Positions 15,454-29,346 of a stretch of 64,000 nt of DNA are shown one piece after another. The position numbers and the translations under genes were made by a program. Origin of the DNA: the human T2T-CHM13v2.0 reference genome, Homo sapiens; assembly GCF_009914755.1 (NCBI RefSeq), contig NC_060933.1; one strand, given 5' to 3'. The notes beneath the pieces were generated by a model. It was not told the origin of the DNA. It was given only the letters and a program-made list of their open reading frames with translations, and did no database searches. Every line of letters starts with the position of its first letter. Position 1 is the stretch's first letter.

Positions 15454-15614
15454 CTGCTGACAGATGCTGGCGTAGCGAGCCAGGGCGTTGGCGTTTTCCT
15501 GGATAGCGAGGCTGGATGGACACTGGTCGGCAATCCTCAGCACAGCACGCCACTTCCCAAAGTCAACACCATCTTTCTTGTACTGAGCACAGCGCTCTGA
15601 GAGGCCATCAAGCC
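15454..15614 (-). CDS. ALDOB: ALDOB exon 5 (c.380-540)
   Basis: 161 nt; [54 protein letters not shown]. Confidence 0.98.
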
Positions 15615-16423
15615 CTGCAAGTCACAAAAGAGAGAAAGGCTTCTTTGTACCTTTGTACCTGATCCATGGGGCTTCTAATAAAGGGAAGGAGTTCTCCCTT
15701 TGCTTAGCTTTCAATCCACTGTGCTTGAGGATTGAAAACAGCCAAGCATATCAGCATTAATCACAACACTGAACCAGAAGACTTAGATTTAATAAATAGT
15801 GTTTTGACATACATACTATCTACTCCATATATAGAATAGAAGAAACCAATAGTTAATATGATACTCATTTTACAAAGGTGGAAACTGAAGCTCCTAATGG
15901 TTAAGCAACTTTACCAAGTTTGAATTGCTCAAGAGTGACAGAGCTGGGATTCAAATTCTGCTTAGCTAACCCAATGTTGTGAGTTAATGCTTGTCTACTT
16001 GGGCAGAAGTACCTTGCAAAATTATCTAGGTAGCATGTGATAGAACCAGGATTCAAACCCAGGTGTGTCTGACCTCAAAGTGTGGGGACTTTCCACTCTA
16101 CTGCTGCTAATTTTTTTCTAAAAATAATACTTCCGGGTGCAGAGTTTAATCTTCTTTGTCCAAGGTACTGTGGTAAGCACCTTATGTACATTGTCTAAGT
16201 TAATCCCCACAACATTTTGAGAAATCCCCATTTTGAGATAGGAGAACTGAGGCTCACAATATTTCAGTGACTGGCCCAAGGTCACAGTTGTTAAATGGAG
16301 GAGCTGGTATTGAAAACCAGGTACGTGTGGCTCTAAGACCAGTGTAATAGTTGTGTTTTGTTTTTCCTTGCTTCCTTCTTTACTTGCCTTCATTTCTAGC
16401 TTACACTGGCATGATTCATCTCA

Positions 16424-16528
<105 letters not shown>

Positions 16529-17089
16529 TCAGGAAAACACAAGCAGAACTCTTGAACTAACTAACAGTTTGCATCTTTTACAGATCAAGGAGTTGAATTA
16601 GTAAAGTGTATTAGTGCGAGGGACCCAGTTCAGTCCATAGCAGAAGGGAAGTTACCTAGAAGGTACACTGTGAGAGTGTCTACCCTAACATTTATTGAGC
16701 ACCTGCATGCACCAGGTGTTGTGTTAGTACAGGAGGTAAAGAGAATTAAGGATACAACCTCTACTCTCTACATAGCAAAGGCAAAAGTCATGAGCTTGAG
16801 AATTAGCCTAAACTGGCTCTGACCTTGCCTTGTTGTGTGGGCAAGTTATGTTACTCTTCGTAGTTCAGTTTTCTCACTTCATCTCTAAATAAGGGTAATA
16901 ATTGAGTCTACTACCAGAGGTTATGAGAATTAAATGAATGCTTGGAATGGTAAAAACTCTTATTCAATGGATACTAGTTTTCACTTTTGAGAAGTTTATG
17001 CACTATTGGAAGACCTAGTTATAAGATAGAATAGTAAATGCTTCAATAATTATGATAGTTACCATTAACAATAATTACGCAATATAAAC

Positions 17090-17430
17090 TTTTTCTTTTC
17101 TTTTTTCTTTCTTTTTTTTTTTTTTTAGACAGGATCTTACTCTTTTTTTTTTTGAGACAGGGTCATCCAGGCTGGAGTGCAGTGGTATGACCATAGCTCA
17201 CTCCAGCTTCGACCTCCAGGGCTCAGGTGATCAATCTTTCCACGTCAGCCTCCTGAGTAGCTGGGACTACAGGCATGCACCAACACATCTGGCTAATGTT
17301 TTTGATTTTTAGTAGAGACAAGGTCCCACTGTGTTGCTCAGTCTGGTCTCAAACTCCTGAGCTCAAGCGATCCTCTTGCCTCTGCCTTCCAAAGTGCTGG
17401 GATTACAGCAGTAAGCAACCACGTCCAGCC
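17090..17430 (-). mobile_element. AluJ-like, ALDOB intron 3 (sense to gene)
   Basis: Poly-T then Alu reverse complement with J-type features (catagctcact, gctcaagcgatcctc). Confidence 0.9.
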
Positions 17431-17645
17431 TAGAAACTTTTAGTCATTTCATCCCTGTAAGAACATCATGAGGTAGATTCCCATTTTAAGAAATGAGATT
17501 GAGATGCAAAGAGATTAAGAACGTGTAGAAAATTTGAGTGAAAGAAGAGGGCACTGGAGGAAAACTCTAGAAGAGGATCTTGTTCTCTGTGGGAAGATGA
17601 CGATGGAAAAGGGTGAGAAGAGAAATTTGATGAGGAGAATGTTCA

Positions 17646-18050
<405 letters not shown>

Positions 18051-18694
18051 TCAGATAGTCAAAGCTCCTGCTTCAATTTTTTGTGTTCCAGGGAGAAGAC
18101 CCTGGTTGCTCTCAGGTGGCTAGTTAGGGAGTATGTGGGCTGGGCATATAGAGGTCAGGGTGGAAGCCACCCTCAGGTCCAGGTGGATATGGAAGGCCCT
18201 CAGGCCTCTCTAGCCTCCCTGATCTGGTCCTCAGTCTTGCTGGATGTACATGCAGAAGGAGGGATGGGGCATGCTCTTGATTCTCAGGGTTCTGTGATTT
18301 TATGGCAGGCTGTGCAACTCTGCCACAGCTCTCCCTTGTGCCATCCTGAGGTTCTCCCATCCATAAGCCCTGTCCTATTCCAGATGCAGATACTTTCCTG
18401 CCCTTCTTGACTCAACTGAATTTAAACTGACTTTAAACTGACTTCTCACTAGTAGCAGATGCCTGTGTATCTGACCTTATGCTAGTTACTAAGTTTCTGG
18501 CCTTACTACAAGGCTGGATTCAAATGACCCCTGGCTTAAAATGAAGGGCTTGAGCCTCTTTCCTTGGCTTTCAGGAATGTGCCTACTACTTACAGGACTC
18601 AAAAGCTCTACGCTTACTGAGTCTTCTGCTCCCACTCCCGTGTACATAAACCTTTACTTCCATAAAGAATATGATTATCAAGTTGTTTTTGCTA

Positions 18695-18913
<219 letters not shown>

Positions 18914-21249
18914 TCAGATGGATGCATGACCAAGACAGTTGGGGGTGCAGACATGCTGTGCAGACCTCTGTGACACCTCTGACCCATTTCCACAGGTGGA
19001 TAAGCAAATGAGGTTTGTTTTTCCCCCATCACTTATTAGTTGCAATTAGCTGCAATGAATGAAGGTGGGTTACTGAATGTTCATGGTGATCCTAGACAGA
19101 ATGCTTTCCAGCAGGCCTTTGGAATCACTAATCAAAACACTGAACCAGCTAATTAGTGACCCACTAAAATATGACTAATAGAGGGGACTGCAGTAATGGA
19201 CTGTCTCTCTATTCTGTGGACTCCTGGTGCCACTGGATTTCCTTAATGGCTTGAGGCCAGGACAATGTCGCTCTTGACCTCTGCAGTTATCCTCTGCTTT
19301 GCTCTGTTAGTCTGTAGTTCCAACAGATTATTCTCCAGGAAACAAACTTGAAAGGAGAAATCTATACATAGTCTTAAAGCTAACTTCCATTTGGCCTCGG
19401 GCTACAGAGGGTTGGGTGCAAGTTTCCTTTTCCTTATATTCAACCCTCTATGAAACCACTTGGGGCAGACCAGAGAGGATGTTTCCTAAGTGCCTCTGGG
19501 CTTGGGTTTCTCACTGCCTATGAGGATGCTAAAGTTGTATGGCAGTCCCTGCTCCAGCTTCACTGCTTTAGCAAGGGGAGACTCTGGCTTGAAGACCCCC
19601 TAACCAAGCAGCCTCCACAGTGGTTGTGCTCTGAAGGAGATCGTTGCCCCTGTTCGGATGCCACTTTGGGTTAATCTTGAAAATGCAAGCTCAAAGAGCC
19701 CTCACTTTGGGTGTTACAAAGAGTGCTTTTTGCATAGGTTGGGCTACCAAAGAAAAAATGGTAATGAAGATTATCTTGGGTAGCTTCCTATCCAATGCCA
19801 GGGTCTCCTCCTTTCTCTAATCTTCTCTCCCTCCAATACACTCAGCACAGGGTGGATGCTCCATGTCTACATATTACTTCCCGGAAGCCCAGGGACACCT
19901 CAGGTCTCATCTGATCCATTGGCAATGAGGTAATTATAGCAGGTATTATCTTCATTAATTAATGAGCAAGCTAAGACGTAGAGAAGCTAACTGACTTGTT
20001 CAAGGTCCCAGCTAGGATGAAGCAGAGTCCCTATCCAGTCCTGTCCTCATGACAAATATATTTCTCCACATTTTCTGCATCCCTTCAGGGTAGGCTGTCA
20101 GTACTCTGTCCCTTGATATAAAAAGTCAGTAGCCACTGAGCTAATTCATGAGAAGGTATAACTGATGATCTCATTGTTGCCTCTCCATTTCAACAGAGGT
20201 TCTTGTCTTACCCCAAAAGAATGAAACTGCAATGCTGTTACTGGGGTAATAGGACAAGCTAGTGGGCAACAATTTCTAGAGAAGATGACCTTCTAAGGCC
20301 CATTATGTCCCAGCCACCAGCAGAGCATGTTTGCCCTGTTTATATATTAGCTGTAATATTGGAGTCAAAGACTTTTAGCTTTGGACCTGGCCTCCAGATC
20401 ATCATGCTGAAAAAAGCCAACCTGGGTGTGATCTTCAGAGCAAGGTGCAAACTTTCTCTCTCAGTTTAGGCATTTGTACAAAGGAGTTGACAATTACCAA
20501 GAAAGAAAGATATTTTCTTAATGAAACAAAAGGGAAAATCAGCCCAATAATAATAATAACAACAAGTGATCATGTATTGTCAAGCACTCTGCTAATGGCT
20601 TTACATGCACTATATAATTTTTCTTGAAAATAATCCCAGAAGGTGGTTGGGCTCTTTTCCCCTCCCATTTAATAGATTAGGAAAGAATATAAGAGAGTGT
20701 AAATTATTTATCCAAGGACAAATAGCTAATAAGGCATCAAGTTGAGATAAGGGGCAGTACTCCTTTCCATTCAAGGGAAAGAGTGAGCTTGATGAAAAAA
20801 ATGGCCTTTGGATGACTCCTAATGTCCTTGATGACACCCCAGAGTACCTTACGCTGTGGGTGATTACACCATGGACATTACTTATTCATAAACATCTGAC
20901 ACATTTATGTAGAGGTTTGCTGCTAGCAGATCAGACAGACCTAGTTTTAAGAACCAGCTCTGCCTAATCTAGCTGGAACCTCAGGCAAGTCAGGCAGCTT
21001 CCTGAGTCTCAGTTTACTATGGATTAAATGGTGATAATAACTGTTCTGGTTGTCTCTTTGCCAGGTAACTCAAATGCCATCTATGAGCACCCTGCTCATT
21101 GTAGTTGCTCAAAATATATTTGTTAAATTGCATGATAAACATGAAGATTCTTTACAAAGCACTATAAAATGCAATGTATTACTAATTCTCTTTTTTTAAT
21201 GAAAAAAATCACCTAAGTGACCTCCATTTTTCTGTTTACTGCCTATTAC

Positions 21250-21500
21250 TAAACTATTTTCTTCAATCTGGGTATGCTGACTCAACCAGAATAACAGTGA
21301 AAATGATAATTCAAACTAATACTGTTTACAGGGAGTTAAACTTCTACAGTGGGATTAAAGGTCTGTACCACGTTAGCACAAATGTCACCTCTCTGTTAAT
21401 CATAAAACAGGGTCACAGGCCAATGTTCACCACAAGGAGACAGGAGGACAACCTGGGATGGGTAATGACAAAGAACGATTTCCGTACTCCTAAGCCTCTG
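21250..21500. promoter_or_regulatory. ALDOB: Candidate ALDOB intron-1 liver/kidney/intestine enhancer
   Basis: Non-repetitive cluster: FOXA TGTTTAC 21323-21329, HNF1-like GTTAATCATAAAA 21395-21407, DR1/HNF4 GGGTCAcAGGCCA 21410-21422; an HNF1/HNF4-dependent intron-1 enhancer is known for rodent Aldob. Confidence 0.65.
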
Positions 21501-21727
21501 CTCTCTCAGATCTCAAGCCAACTTTTTTCAGTGTGATGGAAGTTGTTCACATTATATTATTAAATGAAAAACAAGTTTCAGAGAAGTATGCAATATATAC
21601 TGTCCTCCTATTTTTTAATTAAAAAATGATATATACCCATACTGTTTTTGTGTCTATATAAACAAAGAGTAACAACTCTGGAGTTACCTCTGAAGAATGG
21701 GGTAGGGTGGAGAGATTCTCACATTTC

Positions 21728-22144
<417 letters not shown>

Positions 22145-23381
22145 TAACCACAGAAAAACAGAGCTACAAATGACCTCAGAGATACCTGCGTCAACCCTGT
22201 CACTTTAGAGATGAGGAAACTAAAGCCAGAGAGACTATGTCTGATGTGCCTTCTAAGTTGTGATGTTCTAGGATTGCAAGTTACATCCTATTGGCTTATG
22301 ACTTAGAATTCTATTTCTAATCCTTCAGCAAAATAGCAGGTAGAATCCTATGGTATGGTTCTTTCTGCCTTCCTTGAAGATGTTCTGTGAAAACATAATT
22401 ATTTGTAACATGGATATTTAATTCCTGGAGAAATAGAAGGCAGCAGAAAGTTCATTTGCTTCTCTATGTACAAGACAAATGGATTTTTAAGGCAAATATG
22501 AGGAGGCTTATTTATTGATAGCCCATGATTTCTAGGCACTGCATGCAGCACTTTTGTACATGATGCTTAAAGCTGCCAATAGCTTCATTATCCACCCCAA
22601 TGTCCCAGTGACAAGTGCAGTGGGATGATCTAGGGCAGTCCTAGGACAGCCTGATTTCCAGTGCCCTTTAACACACGCGGAGCAGCCCAGAACGAGTCCT
22701 GAATGGTGCTCTTTCCTCTAAACTTGGAATGAAGCCAAAGGACCTCTTAGATATTCAACATTTCCCCATTCCCTGCCCCAGTATCTCTGGCTCTAACCTG
22801 GGCCTGGGTGCTACCCAGATGTGCCTTAGCTAAAGTGATGAATAGCAGGGTAGCAGAGTTCAAGCTCTGGTGCATCCAAATTGTCTAATGGAGCCCTAGG
22901 TAACTATTTAAAGAGAAGTTATTTTTTAAAAAGGCAACATATTCTCACAATGCCTATTTTTCAGATAGTAGAGCAAATGTATCAAAATACACAACCTTTT
23001 GATTCCTACTATCTTAAGCTGTAGGGTCTTCACAGTGTCTGGGGCCAGCAGGAAATGTTCTAGAAAGTGTCAAACATGAAGGGTTTGGAAATTCATAATC
23101 AAATGATGACTATGCTCTGTGAAGTTTCCAACCCTGTTGCATTTCCTCATTTGAGCAGTGGGTGAAGGCGAAGGGCAAAATACTCCAAGGGTTTGTTTCT
23201 GTGACAAAGAAACTTCAGTGTCGGTACCAGTAGGTGTGGGAAGAGAATGTAGAAAATGACATAAGGCAGTAGATATGTAAATAAATCACTAAAATAAGTA
23301 GTTGTTATGAAAAGAGAGTTGAGAGTTGAAATGAACAGGAATCTCAAAAACTGATTAGAACCTAACGATAGGAGTGTTCAA

Positions 23382-23589
23382 GTTGTTTTTCCTAGATCAG
23401 AGACTCACAAGGGCCTCATTCAGGTAACACAAGTAACTGGCAATCAATCTTGGGCATTTTGCCACCTCTCAAAAAGTCAGGAAAGGTGTGAATGAGCATT
23501 TATACTTAGAGAGAGGAAAACAAGCATTTCCCTCCAAGCAGAGCCATCATGTTTTCAGCCACCATCAAGTTTTTCCCGAAAACAAAGGC
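23382..23589 (+). repeat. 208-bp direct repeat, copy 1 (ALDOB intron 1)
   Basis: Matches 24997-25204 at 206/208 positions. Confidence 0.95.
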
Positions 23590-23681
23590 AAACCAATCTT
23601 CCCTTCTATAAGCTTAGTAGTATTATTAACCCCTTATTCACTGGTGCTGTCCAGGTATACAAAGGAAGCTTTTTTACTTAC

Positions 23682-23753
23682 AGTTTGGGAGAGAAGAGTC
23701 CTCCTAGATATCAAAAGCTGTGGGTGAGGCAGCAGCTGCCAAATAAGACAGAT
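23682..23753 (-). other. ALDOB: ALDOB exon 1 (non-coding); 5' end approximate
   Basis: Donor ACT|gtaagt at 23682/23681; lies just downstream of the TATA box; joins exon 2 acceptor to give the ALDOB 5' UTR (...ctctcccaaact|acctgtcaccATG). Confidence 0.9.
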
Positions 23754-23900
23754 CTTTGGTAGCACACAATTTTTATAGACTTCTCATCATGTTTTTTTTT
23801 TCCAATATTTGCCCTCCCCTTTCTACCTTGACCTAGTAGGGAGGTGTTTATTCAACACCTCTGATTGGCTCATAAACAACCAGTCCTTAAAATCATGCCC
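23754..23900 (-). promoter_or_regulatory. ALDOB: ALDOB core promoter
   Basis: TATAAAA 23771-23777; overlapping HNF1/FOXA-type site GTGTTGAATAAACAC 23844-23858; CCAAT (NF-Y) 23864-23868 on the minus strand. Confidence 0.88.
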
Positions 23901-24996
23901 ATATACTCCTTATGCTCATAGAATGTTAAAGCTGCAAGGAATGTCTTTAGACCGTGGAGTTCCTAATCCAGACCCTCCATTTCACAGATGAGGAAACTAA
24001 GGCAAGGAAGATAAGGAGGTTCCCTTAAGTCATACAGCTAGTCAATGATGGAGCTCTAGGGTCCATTAAATGATACTAGGAAGAATGTTAGTGTAGCTGT
24101 AACACTTACAAAACACATGAACTTGGTGACGGGTTTTTGGTTTTGTTTTTTACTTGTCTGAGCCGTTATTTTCTTCTCTGTAAAGTGGGATCTCAATTTC
24201 ACAGGAGCATTAAGTGAGTTGTATAGTGTCTGTACGCAGTAGGCATTCAAGAATTATTATTTCCAAATTAGGTAATCAATGCTATATTTTCATTATTTAT
24301 CTTCAGTATATCATTAGTAGTCAATTCCAACAATTTATTCTATAATTTATAGTTAAATTTAAATAATCTTTCAATAAAAGAAATTGATTCTGAATCCTTG
24401 AATTTCCCATGTGTGAATTTTGTCCAAATTGGAAATAAAATTCAAAACATTCTGTTTTTAAAAATCATTGTCTCTCCCATCTTCTCCAGTCCTCCAAAAC
24501 CTAGCTGGGCTTTCTGATGTATTTAATGCCAGAAATCATTGTTTTGTATTCCCATTCTCTTTTAACCTTTGTACTTTTGTCTTCAAATTTGGTTAAAAAC
24601 TAGAATTAAAGTGATTGAACTAAGCCATCAACACCCCTAAATATGGTACTGTCTGGGTATGGGTTCATTCTGCAGGGCTTTTTCCTAAGTATGAAACCCA
24701 AATTTAATTCCAGAAAAGGTAAATAAAAATATTATATGCTTCCAGAGGCAAATGATGAATGAGGCAAATAAATGAGGGAAATCTAAAAGTGATGGAATGA
24801 CCGTAATTACAAAAAAGGGTAAATTCTCATGAACATGTTCCTCTGGAATAATTCATAAAATGGAAAACAAAACTAAGATGCTTGATTGTGCAGAGTGTAA
24901 CACCAGAATTTATGGATGAAAAGGTGAAATGTCAACAAAATGAAGGAAAAAATAAACGGAACTAGGTGATCTAAAAAGAGTTTTGGTTTAGTTTTG

Positions 24997-25204
24997 GTTG
25001 TTTTTCCTAGATCAGAGACTCACAAGGGCCTCATTCAGGTAACACAAGTAACTGGCAATCAATCTTGGGCATTTTGCCACCTCTCAAAAAGCCAGGAAAG
25101 GTGTGAATGAGCATTTATACTTAGAGAGAGGAAAACAAGCATTTCCCTCCAAGCAGAGCCATCATGTTTTCAGCCACCATCAAGTTTTTCCTGAAAACAA
25201 AGGC
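24997..25204 (+). repeat. 208-bp direct repeat, copy 2 (upstream of ALDOB TSS)
   Basis: Matches 23382-23589 with offset 1615; mismatches at 25092 and 25192. Confidence 0.95.
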
Positions 25205-27689
25205 TTCTGAGAACAGTAAGTATTCATCACTGAATGTGAATATTGAAGGAAATTGAAGTATTTGAAACACAATATTGAGGCTCATTTGGCTAGGGAAGTT
25301 CCCACCAAGCCCTGTCCTGAGGATAGTAGAGGGATAGACCAGGGAAAGGTCCTATCAGCTCCCTTGACTCCACTTAGTATCTGATGGCACATTTCCTGGT
25401 TTCCCCATCTTCAACTGGGCTCATTGAAGCACCTGCTACCATATTTGTCAGACCAATGTGACCAGCTTTGGGGCTATGTGAGGTTTCATCCTCTATGATT
25501 TTTGGTAAAGGAGAATGGAGGAACAAGAGGTGGATGGTGATGAAAGAATAGAGAGTGGGTGTAATGAAAGTTGTTAGGAGTCAGGGCTGGGGTAGTCAGA
25601 ACCATAGCTAAAACATTCTACCTGCTGAGAGATGCTACTAGTACTAATTATTCTTGTTATACAACAATAATAGCTATCCTTTTTTTGAGAGTCTATGATG
25701 TACCTGGTTCTTTTCATAAATTATCTCCAATATCAGCGACTCTCTGAAGAAACGCTTATTACCCCCATTTTATGCATAACAAAACTCTGGTTCAGAGAGG
25801 GCAAGTAACTTGTCTAGAGTCACAGTACAGGTAGCTGGAGAGTTTGTCTCATTCCAAGACAGTGATCTAAAGCAGAGCTGCTTACATTTTGGTAACTGCA
25901 GACTCATAAATTAGCTCTTTCCCTATTGCCTTCTCAGCAGTTTATAACCTTGGACATTAAACTTTCATTAATCAGGGAGGAATGACTTGCGTCAGCAGAC
26001 GTAGGTGTCCTTGGTGAGCTGGGCATGGCTCCATGTGAACAACAGCCTGGCTAGGAATGTCAGAACAGCATGAGTACTCCTGCCCTGAGTGCTGCCACTT
26101 GCTGCTGTTCTTGTAGCATCAGCATTTGCCCACCTCTGGGGCTTGATGTGCAACTGAAACTCAAAGTTCAGGAAAACAAAGCTAAGGGCTTACTGGACCT
26201 TAGAGAAACAGCAACTCTTGACCAACATACACTGCTTGCAGGGTTTTTGTTTTTATTTTTATTTTTGTTAAGTCTCCTAACACAATACAATGTTCAAAAT
26301 TGAGTATTATATGTGGAAACAGCATTGGACTTGGAGGCTGTGAAACACTGGGAAGTTCTTCAACCTTAGTCCACAGTTTCCCCATCTGTAAAATGAACTA
26401 GGAATGCCTCTATCAGAAATGTATTATGAAGCATGAATGAAATAATATATGAGTGGCGCTTTGTACAGAATAGGTTTTCATTAAATAGCTAGATCTGAAT
26501 GCATAACTGGTTTAGAGGCCTTTGATTGTAGGATCTTAAAATAGGCAATGTAACAACAATACTATTCATGATCGTTACAGTCAATACTTCTAACAACAGC
26601 CTCGCTTATTCTCTACTCCCTGCCCAACTCTAGATATTTCTTCTGGTTTGAATGTGATATCTATATAAGTCAATCCACAGGCCATGAGATAAATGTGTTA
26701 TTAATGCATAACATGAGGTCTGAGTCATAAGCAAACTTCTACATGCAAATAAATCTCACATATTATAGAGTTACACTTACTGTAGAATTAGCAATATTAT
26801 AGAGAAAGAACTTTCATAAAAAGAGACCACATTACACAATGCAACTGGAAGAATCACGATTGGCATTTTAAAATATATTTTCCAAACTGTGGTACAGATA
26901 TTTCCTTATCATATTGCAATCTGCTTTGGTGGTTGGAATAGTTTCAGGACCCCAAAATCAGTAGTTATTACTTTGGTCTAGAGATAGAGCTATGTTTTCT
27001 CAGCATGGCTCTCAAAAGTGTTTTGCTGTTATGTGTATAAGGCATTTTGTTAGCTATGGAGACTTTTTAGAGGATACGAGGTGAGTAAGACTGGCCTATT
27101 CTCAAGAAACCTGCATTCTAAAAGGAAGAGAAGATTGAAGTTGAGAATCAAATAAAATCAAACCAAATACAAGAATGTACATAAAAACACCAAGAGATTG
27201 TTGTTGTTGTTGCTGCTGTTGTCACTGCAGCATTTATGGATGACTGTGTGAAGTAACATTAAAGAAAAGTCCTATGAAAAGCCCAAATATTCGAGATTTT
27301 TTACAAGGCCAAGTCAATTGATTCAATCTGTCAGACTGTAAGACCTAGGGGGGTAGGGGGTAGTAATGTCTTACCAATGTTTCCTCATTATCCAGCACTA
27401 TGCCTAGACACCAATCAACTTTTGTGGAATAAATGAATCAATAGATATATGAGTATCAATATAGGTGTATATTAGTATCAATCTCAGAAAAGTCTAGAGT
27501 AACTGGCTTATAATTCTCATCCCAGAGAACTTTGAAATAAATAATAAGTAGAGTATGAACATTCCTTTCTTCTAAAACTATACTAGGTTCTGAAAACTCT
27601 TCTATCATTGCTCATTTGGAATTTCACAGGAATCCAGGCTGTAGTGCCTTGCAATGGTACACAAGAACCACAGCCTCCCTACTTTCAGT

Positions 27690-28280
27690 AAATTCTGGTA
27701 CAACACACATAACACAAAATTTACCATCTTAGCCATTTTTAAGTGTTCAGATTAGTAGCATTAAGTGTATTCACATTGTTGGGCAACCAATCTTCAGAAC
27801 TCTTTTCATCTTGCAAAATTAAAACTCTATACCATTAAACAACAACTCTCCATTCATCCTCCCCACCACCCCCTAGCAACCACCATTCTGCTTTCTGTCT
27901 CTATCAATTTGACTACACTATGTACCTCACGTAAGTGAAATCATAGAGTTGTTGTCTTTTTGTGTCTGGCTTATTTCACTTGGTACAATGTCCTCAAGTT
28001 TCATCCACATTGTAGTGTGTGTCAGAATTTCCTTCCTTTTTAAAGCTTAATAATATTCCATTGTATGCTGCATTTTGTTTATCCATTCGTCTGTTGATAG
28101 ACACTCGGGTTGCTTCTACCTTTTAGCTATTGTGAATAATGCTGCTATGAACATGGGTGTACAAATATCTTTATTTAGACTCTGCTTTCAATTCTTTTAC
28201 GGTTTTATTGAGATAGAATTCACATAGTTACAATTCACCCACTTAAAATGTACACTCCAATGGTTTTTTTAGTCTGTTCA
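27690..28280 (-). mobile_element. L1MB-type 3' end fragment(s)
   Basis: Typical L1M 3' UTR reverse complement (tttaagtgttcag...tatttcacttggtacaatgtcctcaagtttcatcc...gctgctatgaacatgggtgtac). Confidence 0.8.
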
Positions 28281-29293
28281 TAGAATCAGAGTATTAGATG
28301 TCAGTTTGTGAGAGAGATGTGGTAGGTTTTTAAGATGCTCCAAATCTGACGGTATAAATAGTTTTAAAGCACCACCATGAAGTCCAGGAGCAACAGCCAC
28401 TGGGGTGCAGCAGATATGAGAATGAAAGAGTCATGGGTCCCATTTCATTTCCTTGTGGTAATTTTTTTAGATGCTCTTCATCACTAAGAAATCCGAACTC
28501 TGTGTATTCTAGGAACACTAGAGTGCCTTGTATATTCAAGTATCCAGGGTAAGTAAATTCAATAGTATCCAAATTGTGGGGCTTAAAAATACCCCTTTGA
28601 CTAAAGAGTAAAGCTGATGCTTGAAGTATGTTGAAGAACTGGAGGATTTCCTTGTCTGAGGAAATATGGACATGCAGTTAGGATGTTGCAGAGGCAGAGT
28701 GAACAGGAAATAATTTCACACTCAGTGACGAGTATTTAGCTGACAGGAAAGAGTTACACAGTGGTCTGAAGTGTCCACCAACCCCCATTTCTCCATATGT
28801 CTTTGAATTGGGTTGTTAACTGCCTTGTCAGTGTTTTCTCTTTGTCTTTTGCTCAATCATCTCAAAGTTCAGTTTTTCCCTATCTAATCAGGTTGTTAAT
28901 TACCTAGGTCATTTATGACCCCCAGCACAGTATTTATTTCACTCTTCCTTATAACAACTTTTCAGAAACTCTTTCATAAAACTTTCATAAAACTCTTTGG
29001 CATTAAGGTGAGATGGCCTTTTGCTAGGGTGGAAAAATCTCTAGATAAGGAGGCATGAGGTATGTGGGTGCTGAGTCCAGTTCTGCTGTTGACTGGCCAT
29101 GGAGCTGAACAAAGTCAGGTTTTCCCAGCCTCCCTTCTCTAACGTGTAAAGTGGCCTGATAATACCACTACTGCCTAATTTTACTGTGTTGTTGCGGTGA
29201 TCAAACGATATCATGTAAATTAGTGCTCTGAAAACTACGAAGACCTACATAAGTGTAAAATATTATAAAGCGAGCATTACACAGCTGATGCCT

Positions 29294-29346
29294 GTGTGTG
29301 CACATACACATGCACACACACACACACACACACGCATGCACACACA
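29294..29346. repeat. Compound (CA)n microsatellite
   Basis: Direct inspection. Confidence 0.85.
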
